Sequence record: NC_049383.1 | DNA length: 64,000 bases | Direction: 5' to 3' (one strand) | Part shown: in pieces, positions 50,788-59,689 of the stretch | Layout of the letters: each line of letters starts with the position of its first letter | How positions within the stretch are numbered: position 1 is the first letter of the stretch | Translations under genes and position numbers: made by a program | Notes under the pieces: generated by a model | The model's database searches: none | Seen by the model: the letters and a program-made list of their open reading frames with translations, nothing else | Told to the model about the DNA's origin: nothing

Positions 50788-51582
50788 ATGAAAATATTTA
50801 ATAAAGATTTAGAAACATATATTAGCGAAAACCTAAAATCTACAATGACTATTGAAGAAATAGTTAATCAAAATCATGGAGAAGTTAGTATATATGTTGA
50901 CCGTGGAATGAAAGGTTTTAAAAATGATATTGATAAAGCAATATCATTAGTTCCAAAATCTGCTGTTCCTAACATCATTGCACCATTAAACGCTAAAACA
51001 TATAATGATATGATTGGTTATAAACTTGACCCTCGTATGAAAATGGCTTTCGGTGTTACTTTCCAATCAGATGATGTTATTATACCAATGCAGTATGCAA
51101 CAGATTTCATTAAGGATGAAGCTAGAAAAATGTCATTATATAAGAATGATTTAGATGGTTGGAATAGAGTTTTAGAAATCAAAAAAGATATTAGAGTCTA
51201 TTCGAAATCATTTAAGAAAAATGTTTTCCAAGTATGTCTTTTTAACCCAAAGTATAAAAATTCTAAGGGTATGACTGTAGCAAAAAAGGATTTAAACGAT
51301 AAATATATTAGTAAGCATGGTGTTCGTAGAACTGTTACTGAAACTGCTTTAGGTGTTATTGTTCATGAGTTTGGTCACGTTTATGATAGTAGAAATAAAG
51401 TTTCTAAAAGTTCGGGATGGTCTGAAATACACATGAAATGGAAACATTTAAAAGATTGTCCGTTATACATTAAAGAAAGTGCATCGGAAGCATTCTCAGA
51501 AGCTTTTGCAAACTACTTTATTGATAAAGGAAAAGATTTACCCGATTTCGTTTTAGAATATTGTAAAAAGAATTTTAAATAG
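50788..51582 (+). CDS. HEXXH zincin metallopeptidase (lethal-factor/polyvalent type)
   Basis: VIVHEFGHVYD ... SEAFSEAF; N-terminus LETYISEN. Confidence 0.7.
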   Translation: MKIFNKDLETYISENLKSTMTIEEIVNQNHGEVSIYVDRGMKGFKNDIDKAISLVPKSAVPNIIAPLNAKTYNDMIGYKLDPRMKMAFGVTFQSDDVIIPMQYATDFIKDEARKMSLYKNDLDGWNRVLEIKKDIRVYSKSFKKNVFQVCLFNPKYKNSKGMTVAKKDLNDKYISKHGVRRTVTETALGVIVHEFGHVYDSRNKVSKSSGWSEIHMKWKHLKDCPLYIKESASEAFSEAFANYFIDKGKDLPDFVLEYCKKNFK

Positions 51583-51797
51583 GAGTCAAGCAAGAGACAC
51601 AAAATAATTGAAACGTAGTTGATAGATTGAGTATCATTCGCGTATGACTCCAAAATATACCAACGCTAGGACACGTTGTATAGTCGCTTGTTAATGCAAT
51701 ATAAAAGTTATTGCAAGAACTTTTGTTAGTCACTATTCGTGCCGTTGGAATGTAAATCCCGACAAGGTTAAAACCCACTCTTTAAAGAGTGGGTTTT
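51582..51797 (+). ncRNA. Candidate structured RNA in a 3' intergenic region ending in a terminator
   Basis: GC-richer than flanks; stems ggagtca/tgactcc, caacg/cgttg, tgcaata/tattgca, gttgg/ccgac; perfect palindrome 51770-51797. Confidence 0.45.
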
Positions 51798-51901
51798 TTA
51801 TTGCGAATATGAAAAAATTAAAAATATTTTTAAATAATTATAACGATTAAATAAAATATTATAGTATATTTGTATTACACTTAGAAATAAAAACAAATAG
51901 T

Positions 51902-52246
51902 ATGAATAATTTAAAATTTAAAACACCTGATAAAAACAATAAGACTTATACAGAAGCACTTAAAACTGTTTTTAGTGAGCTTGTGGATATTGATACTAAA
52001 TATGTTGATATAAAGCCTAAAAAGACCCTTAAAATAGCTTATTATATGGTTATTTCTGATATTATGGTGATATCACTAGTTAATGGTTGTGAATTATTAT
52101 TATCGTATGGTGATGATATTGTTTGTATAGATGATAAAACTTATTATGGATGTACTGGTGGTGATTTCGAACTTATAAATTTAAATCCCGATTTTGTTAA
52201 AATTAATAGTGATTTTGAGAATGGTGTAATTTTTAAAAATAAATAA
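51902..52246 (+). CDS. Hypothetical protein
   Basis: 114 aa; TATATTTG at 51865-51872. Confidence 0.7.
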   Translation: MNNLKFKTPDKNNKTYTEALKTVFSELVDIDTKYVDIKPKKTLKIAYYMVISDIMVISLVNGCELLLSYGDDIVCIDDKTYYGCTGGDFELINLNPDFVKINSDFENGVIFKNK

Positions 52247-52254
52247 AATAAATT

Positions 52255-52557
52255 ATGAACGAACTTATTTTTAACCTTATGGTTGAACTTACTACATATG
52301 GTATTCAACCAAAAATGTGTAGAGATTTTGAGAATATTCTCTATATTGATTTAGATACTTATGCAAAATCACACTTATATCTTTACTTAGATGGTAAAAT
52401 AGTAGGTCGATATGAATACACATATCAGCTTGATTTGTCTAAAAGTATCAATGATTTACTTGTAGATTTAGGTGAAGAGTTTAAGAAATCAACTCATGGG
52501 AGAGGTGGGAATGATGCATGGTTTAATCTATGTCAACAATTAGGTATTAACATTTAA
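52255..52557 (+). CDS. Hypothetical protein
   Basis: 100-aa ORF. Confidence 0.7.
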   Translation: MNELIFNLMVELTTYGIQPKMCRDFENILYIDLDTYAKSHLYLYLDGKIVGRYEYTYQLDLSKSINDLLVDLGEEFKKSTHGRGGNDAWFNLCQQLGINI

Positions 52558-52568
52558 AACAAATAAAT

Positions 52569-53126
52569 ATGTGGCAAGGAATTAAAAGAGAAGACTATAA
52601 ATTAATAGTTGAATCAAGACAATTAGCATTTAGTGCGCACGACCGTTGGACTAATCATGATTATAAAAAAGGCGTTGGATATTCTTATCACCTGCAAATG
52701 GCTGTTGATTTTGGTATCATGTTCTTACACCTTTTAGAACCCGAAGAAAGAGCTATTGCTATTTCAGGTATTTACTTACATGATGCTGTAGAAGATGTTC
52801 GTTTAACCAAAAATGACATAATCAAGTCAATAGAAAATAAAAGAGTGGCACAATTATCATGTAATATGTGTTGTGATATTTGGGGTGGAACTCGTGATGA
52901 AAGAAATTCACCAAGCTACTATAAAAGAGTTAATAGCGATAAACTTAGTGTTTATGGTAAACTATGTGATAGAATGGCTAATATTACTGAATCTATATTA
53001 ACTAAAGGTGAACCGACTGATTTTTATATCGATGAAATGGAAGATTTCTTATCTAAATTAGATATTGATAAAAATGGTTTCCAAGAAATGAGTTTATATC
53101 TTAAAGAAATTGCAGGATTTCATTAA
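52569..53126 (+). CDS. HD-domain small alarmone hydrolase-like protein (SpoT/Mesh1 family)
   Basis: AFSAH, YSYHL, LHDAVED, KLCDRMAN. Confidence 0.8.
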   Translation: MWQGIKREDYKLIVESRQLAFSAHDRWTNHDYKKGVGYSYHLQMAVDFGIMFLHLLEPEERAIAISGIYLHDAVEDVRLTKNDIIKSIENKRVAQLSCNMCCDIWGGTRDERNSPSYYKRVNSDKLSVYGKLCDRMANITESILTKGEPTDFYIDEMEDFLSKLDIDKNGFQEMSLYLKEIAGFH

Positions 53127-53236
53127 ATAGGTTGATAAGAATGTTAAATTTTGAAAGTTTTTTAGATTTGCTATTGTAAAACTAAAAAACTTTCATATAT
53201 TTGTAGTGTATTTATTAAACATCAAAACAAAACATT

Positions 53237-53515
53237 ATGTCAATCGCAAGAGAAATTTTAACAGTAATCGAGAAAACAAACCAAATCGCATTAGTTGTAG
53301 CAGATGAACACACAATCGGTTATATTGTTCCTGAATGTCCTAATAAATTTCTAGTATTAAGACCAAATTTAGGTTCTTGGATGAAAGATGGTAGTGCAAC
53401 TACTTTAGATAATATCAGTGAATTAAGATTATTAGAAACTAAAGATTTCGAAGAGTATAAACTATGTGGTGAAGGTTACATAAGAGACACTACAAATTAC
53501 TATTTTAATAGATAA
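53237..53515 (+). CDS. Hypothetical protein
   Basis: 92 aa; TATATTTG at 53196-53203. Confidence 0.7.
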   Translation: MSIAREILTVIEKTNQIALVVADEHTIGYIVPECPNKFLVLRPNLGSWMKDGSATTLDNISELRLLETKDFEEYKLCGEGYIRDTTNYYFNR

Positions 53516-53597
53516 TAAAAAATAAAGTTAGATTTCCTTTGTTGGAAGTCTAACTTTTCTTATATTTACAAAGAATTTAATATTAATTAAAAACAAA

Positions 53598-53912
53598 ATG
53601 GAAAAATTAAATCTAATGGGTGTCGAAAGACCATTGAAAACTAGGTGTAAAATCAAGGAATTTGTTAGTTGTATGGTTTTCGAAGGAAATAAACTACCTA
53701 GAAAAGCAAAGAAAAAGTATTTAAAAACATATAATAGAGACACATACCGTAATATAATATTTCTAAACAAAATTAAAGATGAAATGTTAAAAGGCATTCC
53801 ATTAAAGTTTCAGTTACCCGCAGGAATTGGTAAAACAAATATGATATTGAATAATATTATATTTGGTGTAACCCCTAAAATTACTCACAATCCTATAACA
53901 ATTTTACCATAA
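53598..53912 (+). CDS. Hypothetical basic protein
   Basis: 104 aa; TAATG overlap with the next gene. Confidence 0.6.
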   Translation: MEKLNLMGVERPLKTRCKIKEFVSCMVFEGNKLPRKAKKKYLKTYNRDTYRNIIFLNKIKDEMLKGIPLKFQLPAGIGKTNMILNNIIFGVTPKITHNPITILP

Positions 53913-54895
53913 TGAGAACAAAAGAAGAAATAAAGTTAGCTGAATTAACACTTCAAAAGTGTTTAGAAAATGTTCAACGATTTAGTATGTTTGGTGATGA
54001 TAATCATGAACAAATTAATGCAGGTCTTAGGATTTTGCGCGACCCTTCACCAATGTATAAACTTGATGAAGAGCTTACATATTATGAAGATGAAATTGAT
54101 GATATGGCAACAGCAACTTTCATACTTTCGTTAGGTGAATGGTTTGATGGAAATGAGGAACTTGTTGATATTATTTGGGGTGAAGAAAATTTAGTAACTT
54201 CATTAGAAGATGAACCAAAAAATAAAGTTCCAGTTGTTTGTGTTAAGTTGTGTAAAGATTGTCCGTTCTCAAAAACATCTTTAAAAGGATTTTTAGCTGA
54301 TTATGAAGTAGATGATTTCACTAGAATGATGAGTGCAAATTTTTCATTCCCATGTCATAAAAACGTTAAAGATGATATGACTTTAGAAGCTGTTCAACAA
54401 AAGATTAACAATTCCGAAATGTTTCATTGTAGAGGTTATATTGAATCATTCATAAAATCGGGTAGAACTGGGTATGGTAATCCAAAGTTACAGGAAGCAA
54501 TAGATGAGGTTAAGAAGCAAGGTCTTAGTGATAATTCAATGTCTGATTATGAGTTCAAATATCACCACGATTATATTTATATGGTTGATACTTGTATCAA
54601 GAAAGAAACAGATTTTACACTATTCTCAGAATCTGTTTATAAATCATATTCACCAAAATCTTTTTCAATTGATGAAGTTGCTGAGAGATTACAAAAGATT
54701 TGTTTAAAAGGTCATGGACTAGAGATTATGGGTGAAGTTCGTCATTATATTAGTGGGAGTTTTTACAATAGATGTATTGGTGAACAGGATTATAAAAGTA
54801 TTATTAGGAAATTTCATAAAGGATGTGTAAATCTTAACATTGATGAAATTTATGAATTAAGTATTAATACTTTAAAATTAGCAAAATATGAATAA
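53912..54895 (+). CDS. Modular protein with Cys/His metal-binding domain (DUF6283-like)
   Basis: CKDCPF...FPCHK...HCRG. Confidence 0.45.
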   Translation: MRTKEEIKLAELTLQKCLENVQRFSMFGDDNHEQINAGLRILRDPSPMYKLDEELTYYEDEIDDMATATFILSLGEWFDGNEELVDIIWGEENLVTSLEDEPKNKVPVVCVKLCKDCPFSKTSLKGFLADYEVDDFTRMMSANFSFPCHKNVKDDMTLEAVQQKINNSEMFHCRGYIESFIKSGRTGYGNPKLQEAIDEVKKQGLSDNSMSDYEFKYHHDYIYMVDTCIKKETDFTLFSESVYKSYSPKSFSIDEVAERLQKICLKGHGLEIMGEVRHYISGSFYNRCIGEQDYKSIIRKFHKGCVNLNIDEIYELSINTLKLAKYE

Positions 54896-54913
54896 CAATT
54901 AAGTAAATAAAAT

Positions 54914-55258
54914 ATGGAAAAAACATTATTTCAGAGAGTAAGACAGAATTTAATAAATAGTGGTCTTTTAAAAGAGGAATCAACACATTTAGAAATAGAA
55001 GCATTGGTTGTATCTATTCTAGATACAACATCTAACCCAAGCGGATTATCAGAAGCTGTTCAATTAGAACGTATGGTTAATGATAGAAAAATGCCTCATG
55101 ATAAAAAGTTTGAACATAATAATTATACATTGGATGATATGTTTAATATGGTTAATTATGGTCATGATTATGTTCTTAAATGTCAAACAAAAGGGTTTGT
55201 TCCGAAAGGAAATATTCTGCAACATATTGAATATTTAGAGTCTAAGAAAGACGATTAA
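54914..55258 (+). CDS. Hypothetical protein
   Basis: 114-aa ORF. Confidence 0.7.
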   Translation: MEKTLFQRVRQNLINSGLLKEESTHLEIEALVVSILDTTSNPSGLSEAVQLERMVNDRKMPHDKKFEHNNYTLDDMFNMVNYGHDYVLKCQTKGFVPKGNILQHIEYLESKKDD

Positions 55259-55285
55259 TTATATCTTTTTACATATAATTTTAAT

Positions 55286-55331
55286 AAAAATCCTGAAACT
55301 ATACTTTTTTGCATATAGTTTCAGGATTTTT
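55286..55331 (+). terminator. Intrinsic terminator, 18-bp stem
   Basis: aaaaatcctgaaactata/tatagtttcaggattttt. Confidence 0.8.
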
Positions 55332-55415
55332 GAGTTAGAACAATATATATAATAAACAATTTTTATTCATTAGAGACTGGATTTAAACAAGTCTTTATTT
55401 TTAATTTACACTTAT

Positions 55416-55862
55416 ATGAGAATAGAACAATATTTAACAGAATGTTTGGTTACAGAATCAATGGCATCAAATAACGCATCAGTAAAAATAGAGAAACTTT
55501 TAAAAACACTTAATTTAAACCATGATAAAGGTGGTTTTGAACCATTCGGAAAAGATGGAAAGGCTATGTTTTTAACTGTTATGAAGGAAGTAATTAATGG
55601 AGTTTTTGATGATATAAATTATTCAGATTTGAAAGATTTGAATAAAGGACTATTCGGAAAAGATTCTACAAAAATAGAAGATGCTAAGAATAAAAATTTC
55701 ATGAAAAAAGCAGTTCTGATTGACTCTGAAATCCAAAAAGTTGTACATTCTATATCAAAAATTGTTAAGTGGGATGCTGTAGTTTTTGTAGAGGCTATGA
55801 ATCAATACTTACAAAGCCAAGGATTTAATTTAAAATTAATACACGAAAAACAAGATAAATAA
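55416..55862 (+). CDS. Putative internal head protein
   Basis: MRIEQYLTECLVTES N-terminus. Confidence 0.5.
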   Translation: MRIEQYLTECLVTESMASNNASVKIEKLLKTLNLNHDKGGFEPFGKDGKAMFLTVMKEVINGVFDDINYSDLKDLNKGLFGKDSTKIEDAKNKNFMKKAVLIDSEIQKVVHSISKIVKWDAVVFVEAMNQYLQSQGFNLKLIHEKQDK

Positions 55863-56485
55863 TGAAAAGTATTTTAGAATATGTTACCGAGTCTAGAAAT
55901 AAAACGGTAAAAGCAGATTTAGGACACTCTAATATGGGTGGTTGGGATTCTATTTATAACAAATCGAAAATGGAAAATGGTGATTATCAATATGTTGCAT
56001 TGATTTCACCTACTACTGGTGAGATTAATTGGCGTGGTGTTTTCAAAGATACCGAGGGTAAGAATTTGGATAAAGCGTCATATGATTATATCATGAAGGT
56101 TTCAAACAAATATGCTAAGAAAAACAAGAACTTAAAGAAAGTTGAGAAGAGGGTTAAGGATATTTTCAAGGCTAAGAAGCCTGTAAAAGTTCAATATCCC
56201 GAAGGGAAGGTTAAGGATGCTGTTATCGATAATGGTCGATTAGTTTTTATTGAAAATGGTATTGGTTTGTTTTCTCATTCAATTAATGATGTTATTGAAC
56301 TTGTTGCTAAAAAATCTTACGATATAGTTGAGTCTGTTAATGAATCAAAAGAAACAGATTTTGTTGTGGGTCAACCATTTATGTATGGCAATTTCGCAAC
56401 AACTGTTGTTAGTGTTACAGAAACAACAGTTGAATTAGATGCAGATGGTGAGATTTTCGAAGCTAAAATCGAAGATTTATTTTAA
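55862..56485 (+). CDS. Putative internal head protein
   Basis: MKSILEYVTES N-terminus; internal IVESVNES. Confidence 0.55.
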   Translation: MKSILEYVTESRNKTVKADLGHSNMGGWDSIYNKSKMENGDYQYVALISPTTGEINWRGVFKDTEGKNLDKASYDYIMKVSNKYAKKNKNLKKVEKRVKDIFKAKKPVKVQYPEGKVKDAVIDNGRLVFIENGIGLFSHSINDVIELVAKKSYDIVESVNESKETDFVVGQPFMYGNFATTVVSVTETTVELDADGEIFEAKIEDLF

Positions 56486-56541
56486 TAACTAATTTTTAAT
56501 ACTTATATTTGATGAGTATTAAATAAGAATAAAAATTTATA

Positions 56542-57660
56542 ATGAAAGTAGGTAAACAAGCAAAGGATTTATCGGCAAAAGTAGGGTCGAAAATTGGAAA
56601 TATTACAAATGCAGAATCCGCATTAAAAAAGTTAAAAAAAGAACGTAAAGATACAATTTTAGGATATGCTAAACAGTATATCGATAAAATAAATGAAAAT
56701 CAGTATGTTAAGGCTAAATTAGATGTACATGAGCAAGATTATACAAGAATGTATATTGATATCGATAATAGTGGTTATGGTGGTGCTATTATAATGAATC
56801 ACGGTTATTCATCTATTGATATGGGTGATGTATTCAGAACAGTTGTAAATGTTAGTCTTTCGGGATATTCTAAAGAGGTTATAGACCCAATAATCGAATA
56901 CCCTATATATGGAGAAAAGAAAGTTTCTAATGAGAAAATGGGAGCTACATTAGAAAAGGTTTCAATAATCGCAAAAGAATTATCACAATTATATTGGATT
57001 ATGAACGGTTTCATTCTTTATAAAGAGGTTGAGAAAGAAGTAAAACAATTAGATAAAGAAATTGAAAATATCGAAAGTTTAGCAACATCAAACCCATATG
57101 TTGAACAATATGGTTTAGCAGAGGTTGTAGCTAATGAAGCTATAGCACACGCATTCAAACAAAAGAATTTCAAATTCCAACCTAAGAAATTTAGTGATTT
57201 AGTAAAAGATATCAAGAAAAATAAAGGATTCTATTTTACCCAAGGTGGTAATGGTAGTGGTGATATGTTCGGTTTATCTTGGCGTTATAACTCTATGGGT
57301 GATAATCAATCAGCTTGGGAACAAATGGTTATGGATATTGTAAATGTTGATACTCGTTTAAGTGAAGGTGATGTTATTTTACCAGTATTTGTAGAAAAAG
57401 GTGGTTTATACTCTGATATGATGAGTGAATTTAAAATCGAATCTAAAGGAAAAAACTTCAAAGGTGTTGCTAAATCTGCTTCTAGTGATGAAGTTAAATT
57501 ATCTAAAAAGTTATTATCAGCAAAGCCTAGAAAAGAAGTTTATTTATCTTCAACTAAAAACGATGTTTCAGATGTTTTCATACATAAAGGAGCATTCATT
57601 CTTTTATTAGCGTTATTCACTAATGAAATGGACGAATATAAAAAACTTTTCATTAACTAA
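56542..57660 (+). CDS. Hypothetical protein
   Basis: 372-aa ORF with N-terminal coiled coil. Confidence 0.7.
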   Translation: MKVGKQAKDLSAKVGSKIGNITNAESALKKLKKERKDTILGYAKQYIDKINENQYVKAKLDVHEQDYTRMYIDIDNSGYGGAIIMNHGYSSIDMGDVFRTVVNVSLSGYSKEVIDPIIEYPIYGEKKVSNEKMGATLEKVSIIAKELSQLYWIMNGFILYKEVEKEVKQLDKEIENIESLATSNPYVEQYGLAEVVANEAIAHAFKQKNFKFQPKKFSDLVKDIKKNKGFYFTQGGNGSGDMFGLSWRYNSMGDNQSAWEQMVMDIVNVDTRLSEGDVILPVFVEKGGLYSDMMSEFKIESKGKNFKGVAKSASSDEVKLSKKLLSAKPRKEVYLSSTKNDVSDVFIHKGAFILLLALFTNEMDEYKKLFIN

Positions 57661-57687
57661 AAGAAAAATTTTTATAAATTATACTAT

Positions 57688-57725
57688 AAAAAAGACCAAA
57701 ATTCGAAAGAGTTTTGGTCTTTTTT
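57688..57725 (+). terminator. Intrinsic terminator with GAAA loop
   Basis: aaaaaagaccaaaattc-gaaa-gagttttggtctttttt. Confidence 0.85.
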
Positions 57726-57794
57726 ATTATCAGATTTAACAGATATTTGGCTAATTTTCGTCTTAAACATAATTTTATTAATTTTATTCATAAT

Positions 57795-58203
57795 ATACTG
57801 ATTATCAATATTCTACACTTTTTATTTTTGTACTTAAAATAAATGTTAAAAATTTTGTTAAAAATGTTAAAATTACATACGTAAAATATTCGACATGACA
57901 AATTTTTTAACATTTTCGATTACAATTTTAAGTAACTGATTTACAACGTTTTATAAGAATTTAACAAATTTATGAATTTTGTTAAATTTTAAACAATTAC
58001 ACCCGAAAAATTTTCGACATATACAAACCTTGCTGTAGAGACAATATTTTAACAAATTCTTTGAAAGATTCTCAATAAAACGAATTTTTCGTTTAAAGAA
58101 AATCAGTAAAAATGTACCTAGGTGCATTTTCTTTTATATATTATAAATACAAATAAAATAAATAAAAGCGCGCGGAGAGAGGTTTAAAAAATTCTTATAA
58201 AAA
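57795..58203. repeat. ~410-bp non-coding dispersed repeat, copy 2
   Basis: Direct repeat of 14883-15290. Confidence 0.95.
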
Positions 58204-58287
58204 TTGTAATTAAAAATTTTGTTTTGAAAACATTTTGTTCTTTAAAATATTAATCTTTATATTTGCTAAAATTTTAAATTTTATATT

Positions 58288-58647
58288 ATGGAAAGTAATC
58301 AGACAGAAATTGTTGTTGTATCTGCTTCATTAGGTAGTGGTAAAAAATGGGTCGGTGGTATCGAATATAAACAAAAAGTGAAAAACGTTGTTGAGAAATC
58401 TAAATGTTATGATACTATTGAACAAAACAAAAGTAAACGTTACAGGAAGTCTGAAATGAATAAGATTAAAACAAATCTTAACGGTACACTTTCAGAAGAC
58501 GGGTCATTAGTCGCATATCATATGATTGTTTTAAACAATAAAGAGGATATTGAAAATGCAGAAAATGTTTTAAAAGATAGGATTGAACAACACGTTATAA
58601 ATATTTATGAACGTGCTAAAGAATTAATGAGAAATTTAGAAAGTTAA
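58288..58647 (+). CDS. Hypothetical protein
   Basis: 119 aa; TATATTTG at 58258-58265. Confidence 0.7.
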   Translation: MESNQTEIVVVSASLGSGKKWVGGIEYKQKVKNVVEKSKCYDTIEQNKSKRYRKSEMNKIKTNLNGTLSEDGSLVAYHMIVLNNKEDIENAENVLKDRIEQHVINIYERAKELMRNLES

Positions 58648-58740
58648 AATAACTAGTTTTAAGAGACTTTTTAATATATACTTAGTATATTTATATAGAA
58701 TATATATAAAAGTCTCTTAAAACCACTTAAAAATAAGTTT

Positions 58741-59271
58741 ATGGCGACATTTAAGGCTATTGTAGCTACAGCAAGAAATAATATTATTGGAAATGGTGAA
58801 AAAATGGGTTGGAATATACCCGAAGAGTTGGAGTATTTCAAACAAGTTACACAAGGTTCAATAATTATAATGGGTCGAAAAACATTTGAATCAATTGGTT
58901 GTAGGTTATTGCCGAATAGGAAGACTATCGTAATTACTCGTGAGAATGGGTATAAGAATCGTCTTTTGAGTGAAGGTAGGATAAGCAAAAATGATTATGA
59001 TAATTTACTATTAGTCACAAGTTATCGCGATGTGATTATACGTGTTTCATTATTCAATACACAAACTGATGTTTTTGTTGTTGGTGGTGGTGAAATTTAT
59101 AAAATGTTTGAGTATCTTTATGATGAAATTTATGTGAGTCGTATTGATATGGATATTGAAGGTGATGTTACTTTCGATATTGATTTAAAGCACTATTCTA
59201 TGGATATAGTTAGAGAACCTATTATGAAGAATGGTAAAGAATTAGTTAAATTTGAAAGATATAGATTATGA
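58741..59271 (+). CDS. folA: Dihydrofolate reductase
   Basis: NNIIG..MGWNIPEEL.YFK..T, IMGRKTFESI, LPNR..IVIT, VVGGGEIY, GDVTF. Confidence 0.93.
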   Translation: MATFKAIVATARNNIIGNGEKMGWNIPEELEYFKQVTQGSIIIMGRKTFESIGCRLLPNRKTIVITRENGYKNRLLSEGRISKNDYDNLLLVTSYRDVIIRVSLFNTQTDVFVVGGGEIYKMFEYLYDEIYVSRIDMDIEGDVTFDIDLKHYSMDIVREPIMKNGKELVKFERYRL

Positions 59272-59651
59272 AATTAGAAGATTATCAAAATAAGTTTAAG
59301 GAGCTTAAAGATATTGAGTTTGAGGAATTAGAAATTCCAAAAGGTGAAACACTTGAAAAGTTTTTAAAACAACATAAAATAGATGATGATTATGAGATAA
59401 CACTATGTCATATATTCAAAAAAGATATCAAAAGATTTGATTACTTTTACAATGTCTATGTGAAGGATTGTCAGAGAAAAATTTACAGAACATTGAATGA
59501 TGATACTAAGTTACATCAACAAGTGTTTGGTGTTCCTCATGTGTATGTTAGAGAGGAAGATAAATTTTATAGAATACCAAATTCTATACTTCATAATGAT
59601 GTAGAATCGGACTTGATAATTGAGAAGATAGAGGAAAATTGGTTAAATTAA
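59268..59651 (+). CDS. Hypothetical protein
   Basis: 127 aa; ATGA overlap with DHFR. Confidence 0.7.
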   Translation: MKLEDYQNKFKELKDIEFEELEIPKGETLEKFLKQHKIDDDYEITLCHIFKKDIKRFDYFYNVYVKDCQRKIYRTLNDDTKLHQQVFGVPHVYVREEDKFYRIPNSILHNDVESDLIIEKIEENWLN

Positions 59652-59652
59652 T

Positions 59653-59689
59653 AAAAAATCCGTTTCACATTTGGTGGAATGGATTTTTT
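59653..59689 (+). terminator. Intrinsic terminator (AAAATCCG family)
   Basis: aaaaaatccgtttcac-atttg-gtggaatggatttttt; TAGATTTG follows at 59694-59701. Confidence 0.75.

Noticed and set aside
51582-51700. HDV-like (theta) ribozyme or tRNA
   Set aside because: P1, P3 and P4-like stems can be drawn, but no P2 partner or J4/2 catalytic C. No cloverleaf or TTCRA loop. Kept only as an unclassified RNA candidate.
14883-58203. Long repeat as terminal redundancy, assembly artefact or IS element
   Set aside because: The copies are internal, differ at about 30 positions, have unique flanks, and show no transposase or target-site duplication.
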